Shown here piece by piece: positions 36,993 through 46,294 of a DNA stretch of 64,000 nucleotides. Position 1 is the first letter of the stretch. Every line of letters starts with the position of its first letter. The position numbers were made by a program, and so were the translations under genes. This DNA is from a virus. Taxonomy: Duplodnaviria > Caudoviricetes. The notes below the pieces were generated by a model. It saw only the letters and a list, made by a program, of their open reading frames with translations, had not been told where the DNA came from and made no database searches. The stretch lies in IMG/VR virus record IMGVR_UViG_2513237176_000002; one strand, given 5' to 3'.

Positions 36993-37277
36993 TCAGCGGC
37001 CGGCCTCGTCCTCGACAGGTTCGGTCGGCACGTCGGAGCCGTCGGCGTCACCGACCTGCGCGTCGGCGTCCGCAACAGCCTGCTTCAGCTCGTCGAACAC
37101 GGTCTGCGCGTCCGGGGTCAGGTTGCCCTGAGCGGCGGCGAGCTGGTCGAGCTTGGCGTTGACGTCGTCCCGGAAGTCGACGAACGCGTTCTTCAGTTCG
37201 GTGAGCTGCTCTGCGGCGGTAGCCATGGTGTCCTCCAGGTTGGTGATGCCGAGGTATCGGCGAATCCGGGTGCGCAT
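36993..37277 (-). CDS. Acidic coiled-coil protein (alternative start at 37226)
   Basis: RBS GGAGG before both possible starts. Confidence 0.65.
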   Translation of the reverse strand: MRTRIRRYLGITNLEDTMATAAEQLTELKNAFVDFRDDVNAKLDQLAAAQGNLTPDAQTVFDELKQAVADADAQVGDADGSDVPTEPVEDEAGR

Positions 37278-37286
37278 GCGGCCTCC

Positions 37287-37490
37287 CTATGCGGGGCCGG
37301 TGTGGTCGGTGACGAGCCGGCAGATCAGGGCGCGCAGGTCCCGCGACAGTGACAGCGGAGCCCAGTGAGAATTCCCGTTGATCACAAGATGTCCGCGGTC
37401 GCACACGTCGGCGCCGCGCAGCAGGTACGCGTCGGCGAGCCAGTCCAGGCTGAACGGCATCTCGTCCGGGTCAGCCGGGATCACCGTCAC
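37287..37490 (-). CDS. Hypothetical protein
   Basis: GTG start after GAGG. Confidence 0.45.
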   Translation of the reverse strand: MTVIPADPDEMPFSLDWLADAYLLRGADVCDRGHLVINGNSHWAPLSLSRDLRALICRLVTDHTGPA

Positions 37491-37713
37491 CTCGCTGCTG
37501 CAGGAGTTGTTCGATGCGGTCGAGGCGGTCACAGACGTTGTGGTCGTCTCCGGCTTCGGCGGCCTCTGCGGCACCCCAGGATGTCCAGGCTTGGGTGGCG
37601 AGGCTGAGCAGGATCACGAAGAGGACACTGTCGGACCACCACAGCAGTGCGGGGATCGCAAGTAGGACGCAGGCGGCGGTGGCGCTGCGGTGGATCCACA
37701 CTCGGCGGCGCAT
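37471..37713 (-). CDS. Small two-TM membrane protein
   Basis: LLAIPALLWWSDSVLFVILLSL. Confidence 0.6.
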   Translation of the reverse strand: MRRRVWIHRSATAACVLLAIPALLWWSDSVLFVILLSLATQAWTSWGAAEAAEAGDDHNVCDRLDRIEQLLQQRGDGDPG

Positions 37714-37729
37714 CCCGGCTCCGTTCCCC

Positions 37730-37773
37730 GGACATGCGAAAAGCCCGCCGAACCGGGAAGGCTCTGGCGGGCT
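37730..37773 (-). terminator. Late-leader hairpin followed by TTTTCGCATGTCC
   Basis: AGCCCGCC...GGCGGGCT then a T-run; similar elements at 30193-30226, 21286-21318 and 20879-20906. Confidence 0.6.
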
Positions 37774-37829
37774 GTGAAGACAGTGGTGCTGGCTGTATGC
37801 ATACCAGCCGGGACAGGTCGCGGCAAGTT

Positions 37830-38243
37830 TCAGCCCGGCGTGTTTTGCCTGCGCCGCATGGTTGCTGCTGCGGCGAGGACTTGCCCGGCGAGGTAGGTGC
37901 GTTCCCGGCCGCGCATCTTGAACCGGGGTAGCAGGGGTTCGCCGGGCTGTTCGGGGTGGTCGAGGCACGCCCAGTTCCGGATGCGTTGCACGGGCACGTT
38001 GATGAGCTCGGCGGCCTGGGCGGTGGTGAGTTCCCGGTCCGGGTCGACGATGTCCGGCTTGTCGAGCATCCAGTCTTCGCCGAACGCCGCGGCGGTCGCG
38101 TCGAGTTCGTCACAGGCGTCCACGTCGAGGGCGCGGAGCCGTGCCCTGTACATGCCGGCGACGCGGCGGGCGCGGTCGAGGGCGGTGTCGGCGGGGTTGG
38201 GCCACCGGCCGCGGCGTGGCTGGTTGTTGTAGGCCGGGTTCAT
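37830..38243 (-). CDS. MerR-like HTH protein (late regulator candidate)
   Basis: LTTAQAAELINVPVQRIRNWA; last gene before the late leader. Confidence 0.7.
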   Translation of the reverse strand: MNPAYNNQPRRGRWPNPADTALDRARRVAGMYRARLRALDVDACDELDATAAAFGEDWMLDKPDIVDPDRELTTAQAAELINVPVQRIRNWACLDHPEQPGEPLLPRFKMRGRERTYLAGQVLAAAATMRRRQNTPG

Positions 38244-39157
38244 GCAGCCACCTGCACCAGCTGGTCGCTGTCTTGGCCGGGCCACATCAAGTGCTGCTGG
38301 TAGTGCTCGTAGTCGGCGTACGGGCGGACGGCGCCGCAAGCCTCGCAGTGGACGTCCATGGGGTCGCCGTCGTGGGTGGGTTCGGACCGCCATAGGGGTC
38401 CGGGGAGGTCGCGGACGGGCCGGGCGTCGCAGGCCCAGCATTCGCCGGGCACGTAGAAGGTTCGGGTGGTGCGGCCCAGGGTGGCTCGCGCCCGGCTGTG
38501 GAGGCGCTGCAGGTGCTGCACGGCCTCCCACCCGTACCTGTCGGCGGGTTCGTCTTCGATGCCGGCCGGGTGGACGACGGTGGCTGCCAGCCGGGACAGG
38601 TGCCGTAGCCGTGGGGCGATGAGGTTGATGGCGCGTTGCAGGGCGGCGCCGCCGCGCAGGCGTGGCTGGGGGAGCGGGTGGCTGCGGGTGGTGGCCCATG
38701 CGGGTTGGGGGAGGAGCATGCCGTGGTTGAGGGCGTGCGCAGCCCGTAGTTCGCCTTCCCAGGTGGTGGCTGCGTGCACGATCTCGGCCTGCAGTGCTTC
38801 GACGTGGCCGGCGAGCAGCATCGGGCTTTCGTGGCCGCCGCCGGAGGTGTGTTCGCTGGGTGCCTGTGACAGGGACGCTTCGTGCAACTGGGCGAGGTCC
38901 ACGTAGTCGTAGACGAGGCCGCGGATGTCGCGGTGCGCCCGGTCGAGGCAGGCGGTGCAGAACGGGTCGCTGGTTTCGGCGGCGAGCCGGGTGGCGGGGT
39001 TCCAGCCGGGGCAGCGGGCCAGGCTGTGGCAGAAGCCGGCGGTCGGCGTGTCAGCCGACGTCACGGTGTCGTTCATGCGGGTGATCCATTCCGGTCGCTG
39101 GTTCAGGTACCGTGCCGGGTGGATCACGTGGTGGTCATCTTCGGGAATGCACGGCAC
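38240..39157 (-). CDS. Zn-binding protein of the late-regulator locus
   Basis: CTAC, CWAC and CEAC motifs; position. Confidence 0.65.
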   Translation of the reverse strand: MPCIPEDDHHVIHPARYLNQRPEWITRMNDTVTSADTPTAGFCHSLARCPGWNPATRLAAETSDPFCTACLDRAHRDIRGLVYDYVDLAQLHEASLSQAPSEHTSGGGHESPMLLAGHVEALQAEIVHAATTWEGELRAAHALNHGMLLPQPAWATTRSHPLPQPRLRGGAALQRAINLIAPRLRHLSRLAATVVHPAGIEDEPADRYGWEAVQHLQRLHSRARATLGRTTRTFYVPGECWACDARPVRDLPGPLWRSEPTHDGDPMDVHCEACGAVRPYADYEHYQQHLMWPGQDSDQLVQVAA

Positions 39158-39266
39158 CGGACTTGCCCTCCGGTGCCGTTTCCGTCTCAGGGCCAGACGT
39201 CAGCCCATGGGTCGTCGAAGTCGGCGGGGGTTCGGCGCCAGCTGGCGGGCCAGGGTCGGCAGACCA

Positions 39267-39455
39267 TCAGAACCGGAACTCCCCGGCCTCGACACCGGCG
39301 GCGAAGGCCCGCCACTCCTCCTCGGTGAACGCGAGCGGCGCCACGTCGGGATTCTTCGAGTCGCGGAGGAGGATCCGGTCGCCGTCGCGGGCCACCTCAA
39401 CGCAGGTGCTGGTTCCGCAGCGGGATGACTTGAGCCAGGGAAGATCTGGGGTCAC
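39267..39455 (-). CDS. DUF397 (BldB-like) protein, orphan
   Basis: WLKSSRC...CVEVA...RDSKNP...FTEEEWRAF. Confidence 0.9.
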   Translation of the reverse strand: MTPDLPWLKSSRCGTSTCVEVARDGDRILLRDSKNPDVAPLAFTEEEWRAFAAGVEAGEFRF

Positions 39456-39537
39456 GGCGAGAGTGTGACACGAGAATCTGCCAGGTGGCAGGTTGCGACG
39501 CCCGAAGGGTGAGCGCGAGGGCGCCCGGGGGTGGACA

Positions 39538-40143
39538 TCACCTTGAGCGGTCCATGGCTTCCGGCGGCGCGGGCGTCCCGCTAACGATACCGATCGGCAG
39601 CATGTCGGCACGGCTGAGCGATTCCGGGCCGATCACCATGTCGTCGCGCCACTTCCCGGCCTGCCGGATCGCTTTCACGCAGTGGGCGGTGCCGGCGCTG
39701 GTCGGATCCCACACCACGAAGTCGTCCGCGGCGTCGGTCATGAACAGATTCCGGTGAAAGTTGATGTGCAGCCCGTCGACCTTCAGCGCGGTGGTGCCGA
39801 GGATCTGCTCCGCCACATACGTCACCTTCCACGCCTGCCCGACTATCTCCCCCGCCTCGGCGAGCCGGTCCCGTTCGAGCAGCGAATTCCGGCCCCAGTA
39901 GTGCCGCAGGTAAGACTTCGACGGGATCACGCACCACAGCCGCACACCTTGCCGCAGTGCCACACGCGCCAGGAGCTCATCGAAGCCCTCGGCCATGCCC
40001 GACATCACGACCAGCCGGGAACCGTGCTCCAGGACCCGCTGAGCGACCCTCTCGGTGCACAGGTGCATCGCCTCCACCTGCAGGCCACGCGGGGCGGTGC
40101 GGAGGCTGCGGGAACCAGTGCCAGCCAGCACGAAGTCGCTCAC
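39538..40143 (-). CDS. SLOG-superfamily (YspA-like) protein
   Basis: AGTGSR, SGMAEGFD, RN.FM and VWD...GTAHCV. Confidence 0.75.
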   Translation of the reverse strand: MSDFVLAGTGSRSLRTAPRGLQVEAMHLCTERVAQRVLEHGSRLVVMSGMAEGFDELLARVALRQGVRLWCVIPSKSYLRHYWGRNSLLERDRLAEAGEIVGQAWKVTYVAEQILGTTALKVDGLHINFHRNLFMTDAADDFVVWDPTSAGTAHCVKAIRQAGKWRDDMVIGPESLSRADMLPIGIVSGTPAPPEAMDRSR

Positions 40144-40370
40144 GCGGCGGCTCCTCGCTGCATCCGGCGTAGGACGGGCGCGAGTTCGCCCCACGCAACA
40201 TCGGACAGGTACGGCACGCCAGAACACGCGCACGGCCCCGGTGGTGTTCGTGCAGCCTTGCAGGCGGCCACACCGGTGCAGGGATGCCACTCGAACAGGT
40301 CGCCAGCCTCGTCACCGCCCGCACGGACCAGGGCCTTCGCGATTTCGATACGCAGTTGCTCGACGGTCAC
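40140..40370 (-). CDS. Hypothetical protein
   Basis: Coupled on both sides by 4-nt overlaps. Confidence 0.5.
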   Translation of the reverse strand: MTVEQLRIEIAKALVRAGGDEAGDLFEWHPCTGVAACKAARTPPGPCACSGVPYLSDVAWGELAPVLRRMQRGAAA

Positions 40371-40558
40371 GGCTGTTCCTGGATGCGGTCGCCGTCCTCG
40401 GTGTAGCCACACGCCTCGCACCAGGCAGGCAGGCCGTCGCGGCGCTGGACGAGACGGTGCGGGCCAGGGCACTCCTCGGCGAGGGCGTCGGCCAGGTTGT
40501 CACGGGCCTCGGCGAACATGGCTCGGGCGGCGGCGATGTTCTCGTGGTCGGCGGTCAC
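40367..40558 (-). CDS. Small Zn-finger protein
   Basis: CPGPH.LVQRRD..PAWCEACG. Confidence 0.6.
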   Translation of the reverse strand: MTADHENIAAARAMFAEARDNLADALAEECPGPHRLVQRRDGLPAWCEACGYTEDGDRIQEQP

Positions 40559-40785
40559 CGGATTAACCCCTCAGCGGCATTCATGGCTTGGCGCAGCGAC
40601 TGGTACAGCGAGCACCCACAGTTCGTGCATGCGCCGAGGGTGCCTTCGAACAGAACGCGATTACCGGGGTCGATGCAGATGGGTCGCACGATCACGGCGT
40701 CGTGCCGGTCGGCGGGGCAGCCGCAAGCGCAGGCGCCCCATGTGAGGCGCTTGGGCGGGCTGTTCTGATGGTTGTTGGCTTGCAT
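40555..40785 (-). CDS. Small Cys-rich protein
   Basis: RBS AAGGAA; CACGC...H...CTNCGC. Confidence 0.55.
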   Translation of the reverse strand: MQANNHQNSPPKRLTWGACACGCPADRHDAVIVRPICIDPGNRVLFEGTLGACTNCGCSLYQSLRQAMNAAEGLIR

Positions 40786-40870
40786 GTGGCGTTCCTTCCG
40801 AGGTTGTGGTGCAGGATGGGCGGCAGGGCAGCGGAGCGTTACCGGCGTTCCGCTGCCCGCCAACGTCAGG

Positions 40871-41662
40871 TCAACCAGTGGCGATGAACAACTGCGGCAG
40901 TTCGGCGAGATCCGCACGAACGTCGCCGTGCCGTTTGCGGCGGGCGGCCTCAGCTTCGACCTCAACCTGCAACTGGGCTTCGGCCTCGGCCAGCGGCGTT
41001 GTGGGCAACGTCGTCAGCGCCTTCTCCAACGCATCCTCAAGAAGGGGCACCGCCTCACCGGCCGGAATCCGGCGTGCCGCCGCACGAGCTGCCGCCATCG
41101 CCGCAGCCCGGCCGGTCAGCCCGGTACGAGAGTCGCGGCGATCGGCGGGGGCCTGCACCAAGTGGGCCCGACCATGGACGTCGATGTCCCGGCGCACCTC
41201 TTCGAGTCGCTGGCGTACCAGCGTGACCATCTGCGCCTCGTGGCTCATCGCCACGCGCACCGGGATGCCGGCAACGGTGCGGAGGAACTCCGCCTTCATC
41301 GGCTCCCAGCCGGTCAACGTGCCCGCCGCACCTTCACGGACCTTCGCGTCCAGCCAGGCCGAAGCCGCGTCGGTGTCGATCCACCGCGGGAACGTCGGGT
41401 CGAGGTCGACCAACGCCCGGTACAGCACCTTGCCGGCCTGCCAGACCACGTGAAGGTGCTGCTGGTCGGTGCCGCACTTGTCGGGATGGTAGTTGACCCA
41501 GCCCCACGGGGTGCCGTTGAGGTGACCGGAGTCGCTGATCAGGTCACGGCTGGGGAGCTGCTTAAACACTGCCTGTGTCACCTGACGGCCGTCGATCGTC
41601 AGAGTGCTCAGCTCCACGGTGGCAGTGTGAATCTCCGCGTTGTGGACGTTCAGCACGGACAT
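40871..41662 (-). CDS. Hypothetical phage protein
   Basis: RQVTQAVFKQL...PWGWVNYH...LPQLFI; coupled to dnaB. Confidence 0.7.
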   Translation of the reverse strand: MSVLNVHNAEIHTATVELSTLTIDGRQVTQAVFKQLPSRDLISDSGHLNGTPWGWVNYHPDKCGTDQQHLHVVWQAGKVLYRALVDLDPTFPRWIDTDAASAWLDAKVREGAAGTLTGWEPMKAEFLRTVAGIPVRVAMSHEAQMVTLVRQRLEEVRRDIDVHGRAHLVQAPADRRDSRTGLTGRAAAMAAARAAARRIPAGEAVPLLEDALEKALTTLPTTPLAEAEAQLQVEVEAEAARRKRHGDVRADLAELPQLFIATG

Positions 41663-43047
41663 CAGAAACCCTGGTCCGGGCCGGTGAAGTCAGCGAACCG
41701 GGACAGGTGCAACTGGGCTGCCACAGTCACCGTGTCCGTCGGGCCGTTGCGGTGCTTCGCCACGATGAAGTCGGCTTCACCAGCGCGTTCGTGTTCCTTG
41801 TCGTAGTAGTCCTCGCGGTGCAGCAGGATCACGATGTCGGCTTCCTGCTCGATTTCGCCCGAATCCCTCATGTCCGACAGCTGCGGCCGCTTGTCGGTGC
41901 GGGACTCCGGTCCGCGGTTGAGCTGCGCCGGAACCACCATCGTCGCTTCGAGTTCCTGGCCGAGGGTTTTCAAGTCGGCGGCGTTCCGGCCGACCTCGAG
42001 GTCCCGGCGGTCGTGTTTCTGCGTGGACCGCATCCGCTGCAGGTAGTCGACGAACACCACGCCGAGGGATCCGGCCTGCTGCCGGAAGCGGCGGGCGGCG
42101 GTGCGGATGTCGTTGACGGTGTTCGACTGGTCGTCGATCAGCAGTGGCCAGCCGGCGACTTCCTTGGATGCCCGCTTGGCTTTGTCCAGCTGGTCCGGGG
42201 TCATTCGGCCTGACGTGAACGCGGACAGGTCGATGCCGCCGACAGCGGACAGCAGCCGCCAGGTGAGTTCGCGCCGGGACATCTCCAGGCTGAACACGAG
42301 GGCGGGGTTGCCACGGCGGGCGGCGGCGATCGCGAACCCGAGCCCTGCCGTCGATTTGCCCATGCCGGGGCGGCCGGCGGGGATGACGAGCTGGCCGGGC
42401 AGGAACCCGCCGATCAGGTCGTCGAGGACTCCGAGGCCGGTGGACATGCCGCGGCGGACTTCACCGTTCATCAGTTTCTCCAGGTGGTCGAGTTCGGCGT
42501 CGTGGAAGTCGGCGTAGCGCTGCAGGTTGCCGGGTTTCTGCGAGACGGTTGCCTCATGGATTTCGGCCTGCGCGACGTCGATGACTTCGTCGACGGGCTT
42601 GGACAGCGTCTGCGAGGTGTGCACGATGCGCAGGCCGGCTTCGCGAACGCGGCGCCGTTTCGCCCAGTCAGCGACGATCCGGGCGTGGTAGCGGGGGCTG
42701 CCGGTCGTGGTGGGGATCTTCTCGGTGAGGGTGTGCAGGTAGGGCACCCCGCCGACATGTTCGAGTTCGTCGTCTTCGTCGAGTTGCCGAGCGACGAGGG
42801 TGGGGTCGCTGGGGGTGTTGTCGGCCCACATGAGGATCAGGGTGTGGAACAGGGTGATGTGCCGCGGGTCGGCGAAGTCGCGGGCGGCAACGTGGTCAAC
42901 CACCTCGTCGATGGCCTTGGCGGAGGTCATCATCATGCCGAGGACGGCCTGTTCGGCGGCGGCATCGGACATGGGGTGCTTTGACCAGTCGACATCCTCG
43001 ACGGCATGTAGATGACGGCCGGGGGAGGCTTGAGCGGGGATGGTCAT
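41662..43047 (-). CDS. dnaB: Replicative DNA helicase
   Basis: AGRPGMGKS, FSLEMS, VDYLQ, AQLNR, DSGEIEQEAD and AKHRNGP. Confidence 0.95.
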   Translation of the reverse strand: MTIPAQASPGRHLHAVEDVDWSKHPMSDAAAEQAVLGMMMTSAKAIDEVVDHVAARDFADPRHITLFHTLILMWADNTPSDPTLVARQLDEDDELEHVGGVPYLHTLTEKIPTTTGSPRYHARIVADWAKRRRVREAGLRIVHTSQTLSKPVDEVIDVAQAEIHEATVSQKPGNLQRYADFHDAELDHLEKLMNGEVRRGMSTGLGVLDDLIGGFLPGQLVIPAGRPGMGKSTAGLGFAIAAARRGNPALVFSLEMSRRELTWRLLSAVGGIDLSAFTSGRMTPDQLDKAKRASKEVAGWPLLIDDQSNTVNDIRTAARRFRQQAGSLGVVFVDYLQRMRSTQKHDRRDLEVGRNAADLKTLGQELEATMVVPAQLNRGPESRTDKRPQLSDMRDSGEIEQEADIVILLHREDYYDKEHERAGEADFIVAKHRNGPTDTVTVAAQLHLSRFADFTGPDQGF

Positions 43048-44069
43048 GCTGCAGAGTCCGCCTTTCGCGAGATAAGCCCTTCCGACCGGCATGGGCCGCA
43101 GGTGGAGGCAGGGAAGCGGGGGTGACGTTCGCAGCGCTCGCCGACGGGAATGGCCTTGGCGCCTGCGGATGGCTCGCGGTTCATGCCGTTCGCAAAGCGT
43201 CCGCCCTGCCCGTTGGTCTGGCCGTACCTGGACAGGCGGCGATTGGCCTCCATGATCCAGTTTTGGAAGGTGCGGTACCAGTCGCGTTTCGTGGCGTTCT
43301 TGCCGGGTTTGGACAGCCAGTGGTTCATGAACTTCCGAACCTCTTCATCGAGGTTGACGTTCGGGTAGTCCTTGGATGCCCACTCCCGTCCTCGTCGGCA
43401 TTCCTCCGTCTGGTCCCAGTCTTCGCGGAGTCGGGTGCCGTTTTCTGGCCGCGGCTTCGCTGCGGCGGGCGCTTGCGCCGGGGTATGCGGGTTGTGGGTT
43501 GGGGGATCTACTACTAAAGCTTTAGTAACCACAACCCCGTCCGGAGGCGATGCCGCACCGGATAGCCTATTTTCCTGCGGAAACAGCCCGTCGTCAATGT
43601 CGTCACAGGATGCGGCGCCCTCCGGTCCGGATAGGCTATCGCCATCCCTATCGCCGACAGCTAGACCATCAGTCGGGAGATCAAGTCGCCGGAATTCGCC
43701 AGCCAGCCACTGCCGAAGAAGCTCGGACTCAACCTCACTGGCGGCGCGCAGGATAACCGGGCGCCGCTTGATGTTGCCGTACCCGCCGTCCCATCGGACG
43801 AACGATCGGACCAGCAGCTCCTCGGTGTCAGTGTCGAACGCAATGAACCGATGCTCCTGGAGTTCGTTCAGGGCTTCGACAACCTCAGCAGTGGTCGCGC
43901 CATGGGTCCGTGTAGACCAGCGCTTGGCGTTCAGCGACAAGACGCCGGCCGCGCTGATGTCTGGCTGGGAGGTCAGTAGCAGGTACATATGCTGGGCCTG
44001 CCGGGACAGGTTGCGGAAGCCTTCGTTGCGCCAGATGGCGGTCGAGATGTTCGCGTAGTTGCGGGTCAT
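43044..44069 (-). CDS. Phage replication initiator
   Basis: YANISTAIW...F..LS..AQHMYL; C-terminal KRDWYRTFQNW; upstream of dnaB. Confidence 0.8.
   Translation of the reverse strand: MTRNYANISTAIWRNEGFRNLSRQAQHMYLLLTSQPDISAAGVLSLNAKRWSTRTHGATTAEVVEALNELQEHRFIAFDTDTEELLVRSFVRWDGGYGNIKRRPVILRAASEVESELLRQWLAGEFRRLDLPTDGLAVGDRDGDSLSGPEGAASCDDIDDGLFPQENRLSGAASPPDGVVVTKALVVDPPTHNPHTPAQAPAAAKPRPENGTRLREDWDQTEECRRGREWASKDYPNVNLDEEVRKFMNHWLSKPGKNATKRDWYRTFQNWIMEANRRLSRYGQTNGQGGRFANGMNREPSAGAKAIPVGERCERHPRFPASTCGPCRSEGLISRKADSAA
43505..43665. other. Putative replication origin inside the initiator gene
   Basis: Repeats CCGGATAG(C/G)CTAT at ~43558 and ~43627, CTATCGCC repeats, perfect palindrome TACTAAAGCTTTAGTA at 43512-43527. 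Confidence 0.6.
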
Positions 44070-44262
44070 CAATCCGCCGCCAATAAGGTGATGGCTGGCT
44101 CGGCATCGCCGCGCCGGGCGATTGATGCGGCGGTTTTGCCCGTTGTGCCGTAGACTTCAGCCTTAAGCTTCAACATGGCAGGTTCCTTCCGGTCGCTGCG
44201 GAACGAATCTTGCAAGCGCGGTCATGGTGTTCCAGCACCTGGCCGCGCGTCTTTTTATTCTA
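44069..44262 (-). promoter_or_regulatory. Structured leader and 35-aa leader peptide (44176-44069) coupled to the initiator
   Basis: TAGAAT, then GCGCGG..GGTG-CTGGAA-CACC..CCGCGC, then GTTCC..GGAAGGAAC, then an ORF ending with a TGATG overlap. Confidence 0.55.
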
Positions 44263-44525
44263 GTCCAGGCGTTCGATTCCACGGCCTTCCCGCGCCTCCT
44301 TTCGGGATTGATCCCGAGCATTTTTTATGCGCTGTGGCGGACTAAAAACAGTGCGTTACTGATCGGCAAATTGAGGCAATTTCCGGAGCCCTCGGAACGG
44401 CCGGACAACCTCACTGCCGTCCGCCCGACGGATCCACACGTTCCGCGGACCGCCACCCGGACCCCAGCCGCAGATCACCACCACGGGCTCGCCGCGTTCC
44501 AGGTAGGTGCGGCCGGCGATCCCGC

Positions 44526-44903
44526 TCACGACGTCGCCCCGTCCAGCGCCCGCCGCGCCGTGTCGGCGATCGAATCCATTCCGATCACCAGGTCAGCGCG
44601 CGGCCCCGCGAACTCGGCGATCACCTCAAGTGCCGTCCGCAGCCGGTCAATGCCGCCATTCGGCGCCTGATACCGGCTGTCGACCACAGCGGTCTTCCCG
44701 GCCGCGGTGAGCCGGGCCCGCACGCTGTGCTCCACGATGCCGTTCGTCAGCACCACCAGCCCGGCCTGCTCCAGGGAGCGGAGCGCCGGGCCGGCGCTGG
44801 ACGGGAACGTCCACCACTGCTCGCCAACCCGGTACCGGGCGGCGAGGACGTCGAGGATCAGGTACTGGGTGGGCGGCAGTCGGTCCACGTCGATCCCGCT
44901 CAC
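44526..44903 (-). CDS. Winged-helix-like hypothetical protein
   Basis: LPPTQYLILDVL...LEQAGLV...ARLTAAG. Confidence 0.6.
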   Translation of the reverse strand: MSGIDVDRLPPTQYLILDVLAARYRVGEQWWTFPSSAGPALRSLEQAGLVVLTNGIVEHSVRARLTAAGKTAVVDSRYQAPNGGIDRLRTALEVIAEFAGPRADLVIGMDSIADTARRALDGATS

Positions 44904-45226
44904 GAGTCGTCCCCGCTCAGCTCGACCTGTCCGGACTCCTTCGCGGCCCGCCAGGCGAGCGCCGTTGCCACCGCCGTGTCGTGCGCCTGGTCGAACGGCC
45001 GGGCCAGGACGCTGTTGGCGTGCCGCGCGCAGCCGCAGGTCCCGTACGGCGGATAGCTCTCGAACTCGACGCCCCGCTTCGCAGCTTCGATCGACAGTTC
45101 AGACGATCTGCCGCCCCAGTGGCAGCGGCCCTCCAAGCAGTCGCCGCAGGTGTCGTCGAACCACTCGGCGAGGGCGTCGCCTTCGTCATCGGTGAGGTCC
45201 GGCCAGTACGGATGCTTGCCGCTCAC
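44900..45226 (-). CDS. Hypothetical Cys-containing protein
   Basis: Coupled by overlaps; CGDC...CH, CGCARH. Confidence 0.55.
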   Translation of the reverse strand: MSGKHPYWPDLTDDEGDALAEWFDDTCGDCLEGRCHWGGRSSELSIEAAKRGVEFESYPPYGTCGCARHANSVLARPFDQAHDTAVATALAWRAAKESGQVELSGDDS

Positions 45227-45603
45227 TCCGCCCACCACCGCAGGCTGGTCAGTTCGCCGGCCCCGTCGCCGTCGTTGAGCAGGTTGCTGTGCCGCTGCAC
45301 TGCATCTGCGGCGGCTTCGCGTTCCTCGGTGGTCATGTTGCGGGTCAGCCACCGCCAGTCGCCGTGTAGCCAGACGGAGTGCATGGCGCCGTCGTATGGG
45401 TCCGGGCCGAGCTCGCCAGCCCGTGCTTGGGCAACTACCTGGGCGTGGTGCTCTCGGGCGATGCTGAGTCCGTCGGCGATGCCGCGTTCACGGACCGCGC
45501 TGATGACGTCGTGGTCGCGCCACAAGGTGTCGGCGCGACTCCGGTGTTCGCGCTCGGCAGCAGTCACGCCCCTCACTAGCGCCCGCCACGGGAACTCGGC
45601 CAT
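45223..45603 (-). CDS. Hypothetical protein
   Basis: Coupled; HSVWLHGDWRWLT. Confidence 0.55.
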   Translation of the reverse strand: MAEFPWRALVRGVTAAEREHRSRADTLWRDHDVISAVRERGIADGLSIAREHHAQVVAQARAGELGPDPYDGAMHSVWLHGDWRWLTRNMTTEEREAAADAVQRHSNLLNDGDGAGELTSLRWWAE

Positions 45604-45995
45604 CACGCCACCGCCCTGCTCGGTGTCCGGAAGTCGCCGGCCCGGTACCGGTCGTCGATGTCGGCCGGGTTGATGCCCAACCGGTCCAGAACCTTGACCA
45701 GCCACTCGGTCGGCTCGCCGTTGAGGGCGCCGCCGTCGTAGCTGAGATCCCACAGCACGGTGGTCTGGTCGCCGCCCGCGTACGACAGGGCGACTGCGGC
45801 GGAGAGGGACGCGTCGCCGATGAGCGCCAGGTAGCCGAGGTCGGCGCCGCCCTGCCCGGCCTGGTCCCGGAACGCGGCATGCGCGGCGAAGGCCTGGGCG
45901 GCGTAGTGCCGGATCCAATCGGCGCGGTCAGCGTCACGGGTGCCAGGGGTGGGTGCGAGTTCGGTGGCCCGGTTGAGCCGGTCGATGGGGGTCAT
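45603..45995 (-). CDS. Hypothetical protein
   Basis: RBS GAGGAG. Confidence 0.6.
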   Translation of the reverse strand: MTPIDRLNRATELAPTPGTRDADRADWIRHYAAQAFAAHAAFRDQAGQGGADLGYLALIGDASLSAAVALSYAGGDQTTVLWDLSYDGGALNGEPTEWLVKVLDRLGINPADIDDRYRAGDFRTPSRAVA

Positions 45996-46054
45996 GAAAG
46001 CTCCTCGTCTCGTGCAGGGGGTGAACGGCTGGGCCGCGGCGTGGTCTCGCGGCT

Positions 46055-46294
46055 TCACGTGAGCAGCCCGGCGCGGAAAGCGTTCGCGACAGCGTGTGCA
46101 CGGTCGCGGGCGCCGAGTTTGCGCATGATCCGCTTTACGTGCGTTCTGACGGTCTCCGAACCGATGTACAGGTGCCGGCCGATCTCAATGTTGGTGCTCC
46201 CGGCGGCAACCAGTCGAAGTACCTGAACCTCTCGGGCGGTGAGCGGGCCGTGCAAAACGCTCGGTGCCGGATAGAAGTCGGTCCCGTAGCTCAC
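46055..46294 (-). CDS. Stand-alone LuxR-type HTH regulator
   Basis: LTAREVQVLRLVAAGSTNIEIG..L....TVRTHV..IMRKLGARDRAHAV. Confidence 0.9.
   Translation of the reverse strand: MSYGTDFYPAPSVLHGPLTAREVQVLRLVAAGSTNIEIGRHLYIGSETVRTHVKRIMRKLGARDRAHAVANAFRAGLLT

Noticed and set aside
37788-37809. Late promoter inverted repeat around GTATGCATAC
   Set aside because: The position is plausible, but there is a single copy and no second instance to define a consensus.
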